DNA from: Amoebophrya sp. A120
Taxonomy: Eukaryota; Protista; Dinoflagellata
Length of the DNA stretch: 64,000 nucleotides
NCBI GenBank assembly: GCA_905178155.1
Contig: CAJINV010000001.1
Coordinates: 13,718,664-13,782,663, forward strand
Reading direction: 5' to 3'
Shown here: piece after piece, positions 37,585 to 50,300 of the stretch
How the letters are laid out: every line of letters begins with the position of its first letter
Numbering within the stretch: the first letter of the stretch is position 1
Translations under genes and position numbers: made by a program
Notes under the pieces: generated by a model
Database searches by the model: none
The model's input: the letters and a program-made list of their open reading frames with translations, nothing else
What the model was told of the DNA's origin: nothing

Positions 37585-38456
37585 GCAAACGGCCACCTGT
37601 TTGCAAAATTGCAGTCTCGTCGGGGGTGGAACCGTGGCAGAGGAAGTGTGGACATGCTTTTACGTGATCTACAGAAAAAAATTTCTGGCTTTTTTGAGAG
37701 TGCGTATAGCCGTACTGAAACTAGAAACGAAGTGTGCAGCTACTAACGACTGCCCCACTCCAACCGACGGTCAGACGAATTCCATTCTCGACAATATGCC
37801 CGCATCGGTTTGTGATGCGTACGCACGACTGCTATCAAGTTCGTTGATTAAAGCTAAGTGGTAAACTTTCTACTAATGAGCGCCATGACTTCCCAAGATC
37901 GTTTGATTTTCGTACCAGCCCCAGCGTTTTGGGTTGATCAGACCTAAGAAAGTGTTTTCCATCGCGCCTCTGCGCCTGTTCGCGTTTGCGAGTTTCGGCC
38001 CGCCGGGCAGAGGAGGCTCCCGGCCCGCTCGTGGTGCTCGTCGTCATGTTCTCAACGAATTTGGAAGTACTCGTCTTTCCTCGTTTTCGTTCTCGCTATT
38101 GAATGTCAAGAAGCCTTTCATCTTGCTCGTCCTCGACGAAAAAATCGCTGGGTCAGGTCGTTTCATTCATCGTCTAATCTTTTCGCAAAAAAGAATAACA
38201 AAATGTATCGATATTATCGGAAAGGGGCTCGATTGGTATTCTCTTTTGGGATTGGGGCCTCTTGCATGGTAGGCGAGAGACGAAAGAAAATGTAAAAAAA
38301 AAAATACGTCGTAATCGTACTCGACATCTTCCCTCATATTCTTTTCACACAGACAATTGACCACAGATAGTTGCACACAAGAATCGGGTTTTTTTTCGCA
38401 GAGATGTGAGTCCGCAAAATTATTGTAGGACAATAAAAACTACTACCACCTCCAAC

Positions 38457-40631
38457 ATGCCAACAGCAAGAACACTGTTCCCTTCGCGATTTCGGCCGCG
38501 GCTGCGCATGTGGCAACTTTCTCTGGTTCTCGCCGCGCTCGCAAAGCAGCATGTCGTCGTGGCGCCGGAAGAAGGCACCGCAGCGGATGACCAGCTGAAC
38601 GCTGAAAAACAAGAGAGCTGCGATGTTGCGGATCCCACTGCCGTTCCGGATCGCGTTCGCGGAGTAGATCACCACCCGCAGGGGTATTTGGAAACGGAGT
38701 TTACCGACCCGACCGACTTTGATGTTAATGCCGAGCCTACTTCTGCTACAACTTCAACTTCTTCAAACGTGGCGGGTGGACAAGATAATCAAGAAACAAC
38801 AACGCTGCAGACATCAGCGATTCTGGAGCTGGACCAGCTCGAGGAGCTGAAGAGGAACGACAAGCAGGATTTATTTGATGAAACTTCTGCGCCCGGTGTG
38901 GTCGTGAGAGGTGAGACGTTGACAAACTACAACCTCGCTGACGATATGAGCAGTGACGCTGGCAGTGTGCTCCACCTCGCATCCACTTCTCGTAGAAGTT
39001 CTTCTACCGGGCGAGGGAATGCTGGCATGATCTCGCAGGTCGCGGCGGACAGTACTAGCCAGTGGGACTCGTCGTATAAGAACGAAAATTGGAACCCGGG
39101 TACGCAGAAGCCGTTCAGGCCCGATGTGAGGACCCGTGAAGACCGAGGTGTGCCAACCAAAGAAGAGCGGAAGGAGGCACACCCATACTACCGCGAGATC
39201 ACCGACGAAGGGAAGCCGTCGAAGATTCACAACGGCCACCTTTGTATCTGCACGAGCCCGGACGCCGCCGGAAAATTTGACGAGAGCGAACCGCTGCAGT
39301 ATTACGTGGCCTTCGCCTACCCGGACATGCTCGACCAGGCGGTGGCGTGGTGGCGGAAGAACTACAAGAGTACCGCGGAGAAGTTGCCGACGTACGACGT
39401 GACTGAGTTCCGGGATCACGACGCCAAGTGGGACGCTGTGCCTGGTAGCGCGACCGTCCGCAATGCAGTGGGAGCGGACCCGATGCGTGGCTACCGGAAC
39501 TCCCTCCCGCTGGACGCAAACAAGTCGCTCCCAAAACTGGACGCCGAACGGTTCAAGCAACTGGCCGCGCGTGAACAACGCAATCGGAAGCAAATGTACA
39601 AGGAGTTCAAAGTGAGAGAGTTCCTGCGCCGGGTCCGGGGTGGGCGGGGAAAAACGGGCAACGAAGAACGCTACCGGCGCATGCGGTCGCAGGAGTACAG
39701 TGTGGAGTGGGCGAGTTGGTTTGAACTTTGGTTGATGTCCGAGAAGTACATTGTCCCCGTCGTGCCCGAGGACCGGGATGGGTTGATTCACCAGGAGGAT
39801 CTGAAGCGACAGAAGACGCAAGAGCCGTTTCAAAAGGTGAAAATTTACACCCGGAGGACCTGCTTCGGGGGGCAGCCCGTTGTCGATGTGAAGAGCCGCC
39901 CGACGCGAGGGTCCAGAGAGGAATTTACTTGCAACAATTGGGAGCAGAGCTCCCAGTCCGCGCTGGGGTGGGTAAACTGGGCCCAGCTGTGCCCAAAGGC
40001 GATGAAGTTCGGGCCCGACGACCGGTCCGGGGTCGATCTTTACGAGCTTGTGCTGCGGAAGCATCTGATGGATTTTAGCGACGAAGAGTGGGACGACATA
40101 TCCTGTGCAAAAGTATCGTACTCGTATGGCAATCATGCATTACAAATCTTTTTTTTAAGGGAAAGCCGCATTACAAATTTCACTTCTCATGCTGAGGAAA
40201 CTTGTAATGCATTTATACGAGTACGATACTTTTGCAGTCCATACGACAGCGCGCGGGACGACGTGCTGAGAAACCTGATTGCCGACGGGACGGTGCGAGG
40301 GATTTCCCGGAATTTTCCGTTCAAGTTGATGCTGCTCAAGTGCGTGAAGGAAGGATTCGAAGACCACTTTGTAGTGGAAGTGACCGACCAGGAGGCTGAA
40401 GACGCGTACGAGGACACATACGACGTCGAAAAATGGAACACGAACCGGCTCGGCATCTGGAACGGTCTGGATCCCACGTGGCGCTGGAGATGGAGAAGTG
40501 GGGGAGGTAAGCTCTACCGCTTTGCCCCGGCGCACGTGCGCCAGAAGTGCAAAAAGTCGTGCAGAGTCCTCGACCTGGAGTACAACAGCGACAGCGTGCA
40601 GCCCTACATCGAGAAGCGGAAGGAGCGGTAG
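38457..40631 (+). CDS. Hypothetical secreted protein containing a hidden in-frame introner
   Basis: 741-aa ORF with signal-peptide-like MWQLSLVLAALA. 150 nt at 40099-40248 is an insertion element. Confidence 0.75.
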   Translation: MPTARTLFPSRFRPRLRMWQLSLVLAALAKQHVVVAPEEGTAADDQLNAEKQESCDVADPTAVPDRVRGVDHHPQGYLETEFTDPTDFDVNAEPTSATTSTSSNVAGGQDNQETTTLQTSAILELDQLEELKRNDKQDLFDETSAPGVVVRGETLTNYNLADDMSSDAGSVLHLASTSRRSSSTGRGNAGMISQVAADSTSQWDSSYKNENWNPGTQKPFRPDVRTREDRGVPTKEERKEAHPYYREITDEGKPSKIHNGHLCICTSPDAAGKFDESEPLQYYVAFAYPDMLDQAVAWWRKNYKSTAEKLPTYDVTEFRDHDAKWDAVPGSATVRNAVGADPMRGYRNSLPLDANKSLPKLDAERFKQLAAREQRNRKQMYKEFKVREFLRRVRGGRGKTGNEERYRRMRSQEYSVEWASWFELWLMSEKYIVPVVPEDRDGLIHQEDLKRQKTQEPFQKVKIYTRRTCFGGQPVVDVKSRPTRGSREEFTCNNWEQSSQSALGWVNWAQLCPKAMKFGPDDRSGVDLYELVLRKHLMDFSDEEWDDISCAKVSYSYGNHALQIFFLRESRITNFTSHAEETCNAFIRVRYFCSPYDSARDDVLRNLIADGTVRGISRNFPFKLMLLKCVKEGFEDHFVVEVTDQEAEDAYEDTYDVEKWNTNRLGIWNGLDPTWRWRWRSGGGKLYRFAPAHVRQKCKKSCRVLDLEYNSDSVQPYIEKRKER
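40099..40243. mobile_element. Short (145-bp) introner, 5-bp TSD CGACA, no in-frame stop
   Basis: TATCCTGTGCAAAAGTATCGTACTCGTAT pairs with ATACGAGTACGATACTTTTGCAGTCCATA; CGACA on both sides; AT-rich island in GC-rich coding sequence. Confidence 0.9.
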
Positions 40632-41399
40632 CCTGCAAAAAGGCGCATCGTGGTGCTCGCCGGAGCTCTAGACTGATTGTTGTAAGTAGAACAAGATGTT
40701 GATCTTATTTATGAGAATGTTGTCTTCATCATCGGGCCATTTTTGTCTGTACGCAAAAGTTGTGTCCCTAAAGGCGTGCGGGTTTCACATTCTTGTTGAC
40801 GGGCCCCATCACGATTGATAACGCGTAGTACATAAACGACATCAACAATGTGCGCAAAAGTGTGTGAGGAATGCTAATGCTACTACTGAAACTGAAATGA
40901 GTACAACAGATACAGAAACAAATAGAATTCGAGTATCCGTGAAGTTTTGAAAGTGGCAGTGTCCGTCGTGCAACGCGGAATATATCGGGGAGACGATTGC
41001 GACGGATTAAGTAAACAAATATCGTGTTGCGCGTCTTTGGTTTTGCAAGGACAGGTTCGTATGTTCTCGAGGACTTTTTTGTGAACGAGTTGGAAAGCGA
41101 CTTGATTCTGACCTGACCAAGGTTGTGATTCAGCATTCTCATTCTTCTGTCTTACTTCGAAGCGAGCACACATAGTGACTTTTGCGATCCTCGTGTTTAG
41201 TTTCGCGATTTGCATTTTGGAAACTGATGCTGACCCTCCTGCTTGTTCCGACTGATACTGATTTATTAGTGTGCTTCGCGAGAAGCCTGATCATCTTCGC
41301 TTCTGCAACTGCGGTAGAATGAATTATGCGCGTCGTCAGAAACAGGAACAGCTTGCTCCAATCTAGACGGTGAAGTTGTGGAGGAGAAGGAACGCAACA

Positions 41400-44300
41400 A
41401 TGAAGGAAATCCAATTGGCGGACGTGGGGAAGATCAAAGTGGTTAGTGGGGGCGGCGGCCGTGATACCGAAGTCGATCAGCGCTCGTGGCCGCCGATAGA
41501 GGACCATGATCTGATCACACAACGGACAGGAGCCCAGCCGCTCCCCAATTGGATGCTGGACTTCCATCGCAGTCACAAGACCCAGCAGCGTTCAAGCAGT
41601 GGCCGTAGCAATGGCGTTGCTGAGAGATTGTATGCGCAGCTTTATCCGTTTCAGAAGGCTGGAGTGGATTTCATTGTGGACCGGAATTTTCGATGCTTGC
41701 TGGCTGACGACATGGGTACAGGCAAAACCGTACAAGGCCTGTGCTCCGCCTGCTTTTTTCGCGATAGGTGGCCAGTGCTGGTCCTGTGTCCGGCAAACGC
41801 CTTGCCGGTGTGGTTTGCGGAAGTGAAAAAATGGCTTCCGGATGTTCGTTTGCAGCAGGTGAAAACCGGAAAAGATGTTTTGGACGCGCACGCAGATATC
41901 GTCTTGATAACGCACGATCTAGCAAAAAGCCCCAACATGCAGTCACAGCTGCAGAGTCGGCCGGGCTCCGGTGGAGGTGCAAATCCGTATCAACTCGTAA
42001 TCGTGGATGAGGCACATCGGGCTAAAAACGACACAGCGAAGAGATCCGAAGCCCTGCGGGATCTGTCGCGCAAGGCGTTTGGCGCATTGTGGCTGACGGG
42101 AACTCCCGTCGAAAACACTGCTGTGGAGGCGTTTCCATCATTGGCAAACTACTACGAGAAACTCCCCCAAAACGAGTTTTTGCAGCGGTACAAGGGAGCA
42201 AGCAAGGCCAGGCTGCCTTTGCGAACAGCAGAGCTGTCTGCGCTGATGAAGTACTGCATGCTGCGTCGAAGCAAAAGAGACGTGTTGCCTGACTTGCCTC
42301 GGAAGACGCGCGAGGTCGTCAAGCAAGATTTCACACGAGATTGCTTGGGCGTTGCTTTTGTGTCTGGCATAGGTTCCGGAAATTCAAACTCGCAGCAGGC
42401 AGACGAAATGGAAAAAGGCGGCGAGAGTACGATGGAAAAGTTCCGAAAAGCTGGCGAAGTCAAGGTTCCGTGGATCAAGGAGCGAGTAAAGCAGATGTGT
42501 AAACTCTCGGTGAAAAGCAAAGTGAAGTTCTTGGTCTTCCACCACCACGAGCACGTCGGTAACGAAGTTGAAGCGAGTTTCAAAGAAGCCGGTACTCCGT
42601 ACGTGCGAATCAACGGAAAAACCCGAACCGAGGATCGACAGAGATTGGTCGAGAGGTTCCAAACAGACGAAGCAGTTCGGGGTGCGGTGCTGTCGATAAC
42701 GGCGTGCGGAGAAGCAATGACCTTGACCGCGGCGAATTACGCGTTGTTTGCCGAGCTGTACTGGAAATCAACTTCTTTGGAACAAGCAGAGGACCGCATG
42801 CATCGAATCGGGCAGCGAAATCCAGTCAACATAACATATCTTTGTGCTCGGAACACACTGGACGAACGCATCGTCGATCTTTTGGACAAGAAGGAACAGT
42901 TGCGGACGCATGTCGTCGATGGGCGGTCGCAGCGGTTCTACGACGAGATGAATGCGGCGGTGGTAGTCGCCCCTCCCTGTGTTAGTTCCGAGGATCAGCT
43001 GCAGCAGGAACTTTCCAATGATAGTAGGAGCAGCAGTAGCACAAGCACTGGAAGGAGATTTGCACTCACCGATGAAGCAGAGTCGCGTACTCGGGAAGAC
43101 CGCGAACAAACACATTTATTAACGCAAGTGACCGACTCACCTCGCATGCCTCTTGTTGAAGAAGACCGGTTGTCCTGCCAGTCCTCAAACAGTAGGAGGA
43201 CTACGACGCGAGAAGACCACCACCCCTGTGAACCGTTGCAGCAAGATGAAGCTGGCACAGATAGCCGGAGCTTGCCACCTGTGGATGATTCGTCTGGAAT
43301 GTACTCTGAGCCATGGAATCACAGTACTGCTCGTCCTTCCTGCAATAGTACTACAGAGCAACATCAAAGCAGTAGCAGATTCGAAACGGCACCTCCGGCT
43401 CTGGGTGCAGCTGTAGCAGAATTTCGGCCGACGATTGATGTGCGGGACGGGCAATGTCGTGCCCATTCAAGTCATCCTCCGTCATCTTGTACGACTACCG
43501 AAGGCAGCGGTGGGCTATCCTCGTGGTTGCAGCGAAAATTTTCCTCGTTGTCGAGCCCGACCTGCTCTCCCGAAGCGTTATTTTCCTCTAGTCCAGCTTT
43601 GACGACTCCGACTCCCACACCCGCTGGCACTGTTTTGGCGTCCTCGGAAGGAACGACTGGACCCGGAGTTCAGCATTTTACGGAGTGTAGAGGCGGCGAG
43701 ATGTTGCGCGGCAATTCATCACTGTCACCAAACACACGAATGTTCCATGAATTGGTCGACGAGGTTGCACACTCGGAAGAGAGACGTGATCAAAACTTTG
43801 TTGAGATTTTCCCCGACATGCAAGATGCTGCGTCGCCTACCTCCTCGTCGTCCCGCACCGGTCACATCACGCGCACCTACCAAGACGTAATGCAAATGTC
43901 TCACCTGCTTGCACATGCTCTCGAGGATCGACTACAGTCCGCAGACACTGTCCACTCTTGTGAAGCTGGCGCTTGGCTGAAAATTGCCGTGGACGTTCCC
44001 GTTCAAAGCGCTTTCTTTCTGCCTCTCCTGGCGGCGATTAGTCGAATTCACGCAACGGCCTGCTTTTTGACGCCCCGGCTTGGCTCGCATAGCGCGGATA
44101 TGAACGAAAAGGCGAAACTTCGTAATTTTCGAACCTGCGAGGAATTGCGGCCCCAGATTCAGATTACGGAGGATTTTTGCCGCCGTTTCGAACGCTACGA
44201 GGAAAAAGGATGGTATGACTTCCACCAGAATCGGAGCAGTGCTCGCGCGTCTCAGGATGATCGCCGCCTCCACAGTGGCGTGTTCTGCCTTGCTTACACA

Positions 44301-47300
44301 AGTGGGACCCGCGGAGCCGAAAAGTGTGTCGCCATCACGCACGATATGATCGCGCATGAGTTCCTGTACTACCCGAAGTTGATGCAACGGCTTCACCAGG
44401 GGCATTTGCCGGCAACGGAAAAAATTATTTGCGGAGCAAGCATGTATTGGGTAGCCAGCACGCTGGGTCAAATCAGCATGGCGCTCGCATTGCGTGGGGT
44501 CTGCGTATTTCCCGGTGCTGATACTCCAGAGTGCTACCTAGCAACGTGTCGCGACTCCGGAACCACGATTCTGGGCATAGCGCCAGCGACCTTTCAGCGG
44601 TACCTCGCGGCTTCGGGTGTCGGGAATGATGCAAAGCAGCTGCAGAAGCTTTTCCTGCCCAACTTGCACACTGTCATTTTCTGGGCTGAACCGCTTCCGA
44701 AGACGCTAGTGCTTTTGCTCGCACGTACAAGCCTGAGGGTTTGCGATCTGCTCATTGCGACCGAGTACTGGCTCTGCCTATACGCCGACGTACTCTCTGT
44801 TTCCGGCCCAGAGGCGCAGGGCTTTCAACTTGTCGACCGACAACTGGCAGCAGACGTTAAGGTAGTCCTAGATGTCACAGAAGAGGGGACTATTGACACA
44901 CGTTTTGGTGTTCTTCACGTTTGCGGCGGCTTCGTGTGTCCAGGATATTTTGACAAGCTCCGAGGCTCCATCGATGCCACGCCACCACTGTGGATTTCCG
45001 CGACCGAGCTGCGAGACAGGCTGCGCAACGTGGACGGCACAAAGCCTTGCGAGCAAGACGAGAGCGGATTCTTTTTCAACACCAATGACCGAGTCGAGAT
45101 CTTGCCAAGTGGCTATCTACGATTTTGCGGGCGCGATAACTTTCGCATTAAAATCCAGGGCGAGTATGTCGATTTGATGGCAGTTCGGGAGCGCATTGCC
45201 GAACAGGTCGGAGCAGATAGCGTCTCCCGCTCCGTGGACTTGCTTAAGTTGGACAATCAGTATCACTTTTTCGTTGCGGAGTTGAGCTCCGGACCGGGTG
45301 CAGGGCAGGCATCGTGCGGAGCGTCTATCAACAACTACTGTCTCGACGCATCCTCGCTTGTCGGCAAAGTCCTTCGCGAGATTCCACGTGACCAGGATGA
45401 TCGCATGTGTGTGCATTTTCGTAGCACGCTGCTGGAGAGAAATGCCGATGGCACAAAGCTGTGCCAAAAGACAGCACGAGCTGCAATTCAATCCGAGAAA
45501 GCTCGTCAAGCAACTTTCTTTCCGATGGCCGAGCCGTGGACACGGCGAAATTTGAAGAATCACGGAGCGCGGTTAGCAAAAACTTGGTTGCGGGGCAAGC
45601 TCTGCGGCCTTGTCCTCCTGCTATATCTAACCGTGCATATTAATGGAGCCTTTCTCTTTCTGTCGCAGTCGTTGCCGACAGTTGCAGTTCTGATGATTTT
45701 CTTGGGCGTGCATGCGTACGGGGACTTCCGCGTGTCACTGGTAGTCCTCTCCGCCTTGACCCTCGCTGGTCTGATTCCGAGCCGCTTAGATGATGTTGCC
45801 GCGTATTTGGAAGAACGGTCGGATGGGATCGGGCCTCCGCTATTCTGCGCTGCTACCCACGTCGTGAGCCGTGGAGTGGCGTTGTGGATGGTTTTGCCGC
45901 TGTTGCACCGGTTTGCCCTGCATTGCAACTGGACTGAGGACACTGATCTGTACGTTCGCCCACGCCCACCCTTTCGGGAAAGATTGCTTGGTGTAGTTCT
46001 TCGCTTGCCATTCTTCGTTGCGCACAAGCGCTTCGTGGGGGGTATTTTCGACACCACAAGGAGCGAAAGAGTCTGGAATCCGCATTGTTTTAACGAAGTA
46101 CTCTGGGCGGCGGGCTCGCTGTGCTTCGTGTTCGAACTGTTGCTCCGTGTCGTGATTTTACAGCACCTGCCACTTGTTCTCGGCCCATACGCAAGTCTGG
46201 CGACCTCGTGTCTTGACTTTGTCCTTTTGCTGTATGCAATTGTGTATCTGTGGCGAAAAAACGACGGCTACACACAGTTATTTTGGAACGGGCTAGCAAT
46301 GGAACTCGCAGCAAACAACAGCGCTGGGTCCTTTGTTCTCCTGCTACTACAACCGGAGAACAAAGAACAACGCAGGGCACGGACACGGGAAGACGCGAAG
46401 TCCCGTGACCAAAGCCGAACAACTACCATCAACACAGACAAGACTGGCACTGGCACTGGACAAGACGCGTCGACCAAGTTGGAGCACGAAAATCCACAGG
46501 CAGGTGACTATCAGGAGGTAGCAAGTGACGCACATCGTTTCGAAGAATACTACCTCGAGAACGAAGCGTGGGGGAGAGTGCTCCACACCACGCGTCGCCG
46601 GGAGCAGATCCACAATTTTCTTGAGCTGACGCAGCCCCTCGTTGAGTCCAGAAGCGGTTCCCAATTGTACGGGGACGTCGTGTCCGGGCCGGGCTTGCCC
46701 CTATCGGGATCCGAAAGGGAGATGCTGCTGCAAATAACTGACATTCTGCAGCACCACCTTCAATGTGCGGAAGACGCGGAACCCTGCACTTCGCTCTTAC
46801 ATCTCGATAGTTTGGCGCGGACCCAACTACTGCACCAGCTGCAGGTGCGCACGCAACGAAAAATTTCCACAGTGCAATTGCAGAAGTGCGATACTGTGGG
46901 GGACCTGGTGCGGTGCCTATCTGGCGCCTCCCCGGCAGAGGAGGAATGTGGACTGTCTTTTTCCTCAAGTGGTCCACTGACAGCAAGCACCAGCCCCGGA
47001 GGAGATTCCGAGGCCTCGTCCGTGACTACGGAGAAGGATGCACTGCTAGAGCATAGAGTGTGGTTTTCCGCGAACCATTGCAGGCCGATGGGGTCTTCGT
47101 ACTACGAATTGCTTGGTGAGCAGCCACTCGAAATCGATCCCGATCGTGTCTGTCGTGCGATGCACGCGGTTGTCAGCAAGCATCCGCTTCTGCGGACAAC
47201 CCTCGACGCTGGCACCGCGTACCTTCGGTTTATTGCCGACTCTGCTTCTCTGCACGACACACTGCAAGTTCATCAAAGCCGCGGCAGTTCAGGATGGTTC

Positions 47301-50300
47301 GACCACTGGCCGGGGCTTCGAGTACACGAAGCTGACCACTTGTATCCGCATGATGCACTACGTAAGGCTTGTTGCACCTGGTATGAAGTCAGCATAGGTG
47401 ACCGGGAGCCATTTTTGCGGGGATTGGACGGCAAGGCAGCCGCGGATTGTCCCGCGCTGCCACGACCCGTTTTTTGTCCGAAGTTGAGGACGCCGCTACG
47501 AATTGCGTTCGTCAGAATAGAGGATCGTCCCGGAAGCTTCAGGCGGTTTGTCTTCTTCTCCGCCCTACACTCTGTCGCGGACCCGGCGTCAATGCAGGCG
47601 ATTGCGGCAGACTTCTTTGGCTATTACAATGCGCAGAACCCTCCCGTGCTCGCACCGCGGTCCTCGCTCGGAAGCGTAGATCGAGCGGGACACATCCTGG
47701 AAGCCCGGCTCCGGGATACTCTGGTCAGTCGCGATCAATCACGTTTGACTTCGACAACGACAAATGTTCACGAAAAGGGCACGACGCGCGCATCTCTCCG
47801 CGGACACCACGCGCTGAATGCAAACAAGAAGTGGAACTGTATCAGCTTCAGTCGAACAATTGAAATCCGGGGCGAAGCGCTCCGTGCGGTCTACCGACTA
47901 GCAACGCTGTACCAAGTTCCGGTAGATCGATTGATGTTTGGCCTTAGCGTCGCGGCCCAACGTCGCGCGTCGAACAGTTCGGGGCCTCTGACCTACACAC
48001 TGTATGTGCCGATGCGCGATGAAGCAGATTGCGTTGGAGCCGTCGGTTTGTTCGTGGATTTTCGGGATCTGACTCTGTTTCAATCAGACACACTTCTGGG
48101 CCTGATTCGGGAAGTGGACGAGAAGATAAAAAACCGTGACTGGTCGGTCCATCGCGCAGAGCTCTTGCCGGAGACGACGGTGGTGAACTGGGAGTTACGG
48201 GACCGATCTGGTGTTTTAGGCCGGACTGGAAGTAGTTCTGCCGTGCAGGTGAGCGGAGCAAGACCGGGAAAGCACGATCTGGTCGCGTCTCCGCGCACCT
48301 GGTTCGAGTTGTGGGGCACTAACGAAGAGCAAGATCGCGCGGTCCGGTCGGGAAGCCAAAGAGTGCGCACCTTTCACTGGAACACACAGGAAAATGCGAA
48401 AATAAAGTTCACAGAATGCACGAAAGACGTATGGCGGGTGCGGATGAGTGTGTCTGAAAATTACCTCGCGCAGATAGCCAAGAACCTGAAGCCGACTGAA
48501 CAAAGGATGCCCGGGCTGTGGCACCGTCGATTTCAAAATAGCTTTGACAAGGCGATCGAGGGTCTCATGTTCTCGCCATTGCAGCAAGTGCTGAAGCCCT
48601 TTGGCGAGCACGCACAGGGAATACTCTGCCCATGGGAAGCGCCTGACTTAGCTGAAAATTCTCTCTGGCGCAGGTTTCGAGAATACGAAGGAACATTGTC
48701 CGAGAGAACCAGCGAAAACGCGGCCACGACTGAGCATCTTCTGCGCCGGACTTCCGCAAAAATTTTGCATGGCGATGAAGACTCGTCTGGTGTGCTCTCT
48801 TCACCGTCCGATAGCAGTAGAAGTGGGGCAGCAGCGCCAGGAGCAGGACGATTTGTTCTTTCCAGCAAGTGGCACGATGACGAACCAGCAAGCGGCACGA
48901 CGACGAACCATCATCAAGTTGCCGGAAGTCGAAGCTCCACATCAGATGACCCTTTTCGGGGGGGAAGATCGCACGCCGAGGATGCGAGTGGCCGCGGTTC
49001 GGGAGCAGAAACGAGAACAGGTTTTCATGTACCGAATAACGATCATGCTTTTTCGCAACATGAACACGAGACGGGAGATAGTAGTCTGTTTTTACTTTCA
49101 ACATCAAGGTCATTCTTCCCAGCCAGTGACGACGACGACGAACGCTTGCCGAGCTCGCTGACCGTAAGCAGATCGAGGAGCGACAGTTTTCATCTCGACG
49201 ACATCTGGGGATCTTCAATGTTGAGTTCACCATCCACGAATATGGCTGCACCTACCCAATTTACCGACTCGCTGCTGGACTTGACGGGATGCTGGAGGGC
49301 TGCCGAGGACGCTGACCGCCACGGCATGAGATCCGGAAGTCGTTACCAGAATTTCGTCGAAGCAGTGTTGCAAGAAGCATCGGCGCCTGTGTCTGATACG
49401 CAGAAAGCCCGTTTGAAGAGCGCCCAGCCCGGAGCCGTGCTTTACTACATGGACCGGGTTGGGCACGAAAGTTGGACACCGCTGCTAACATCTTTGAGTC
49501 ACATGTCGGACGGGGGTCATAGCGCTACTACGCCTTTGATGTCGGTGCGGCCACTTCGTGCCTCTTTTTGCGGAAAAAACAAAAGACGACATTTGCTCGC
49601 GATGTTGGGAACAGAACGATTCCTCGTGGTCCCCCTGGAAGCGAATCAGCTGGATAAAGCCGCGCTGTCCTTTGAATTTAATCAATGGCGTTACGTGCAG
49701 TGTGGGTCCCTGGATGTGGATCAGCAGAAGCCCCCACCATATGTAGTCGATGGTCTTTCCAAGCGAGGCGCCAGCAGCTCGGCCGCTGTTTTTGCGGAGC
49801 GCAACAAGGTCATTCCTTTTACGAGCGAAAGATCCAGTGCGGGCGGTTCGAGGCACCGCAGTCCCGCAGGCACTTCTCGCGCCGTTGCTAACGTCCTATT
49901 CTTTGCAGAGAGCGGCCCCGGATTGGACCCTCTCTCGATCGATGAGCTGTTTGCAAAGGTGTTTTTCCATTACCGTGCTGTGGATTTTTTGAACGAGCAT
50001 GGAAAACTGGTGTCTCGCATGCGGTTGAATTTATCGGAAGCGGCCTACTCGGCCAAGGCCATACCCGCGAACTGCCTACGCAATGGCAAGGACGACCTGC
50101 GGGCTGCGGATAGATACGATGGGTCCGTCCTCTGTTCGGATGGTCTTGGAATCATGAGCCTGGCCCTTGCCCGACACGTGCTCGGGGCCAAGCATGCGGA
50201 CGAAATTTCATTCCTGCAAGTGCGCATTGCAAACGCGAAAATGGGCGTACTGGTCGACGTCCATGACACGAACGATTTGTGGATAAACCTGCCAGAATCG

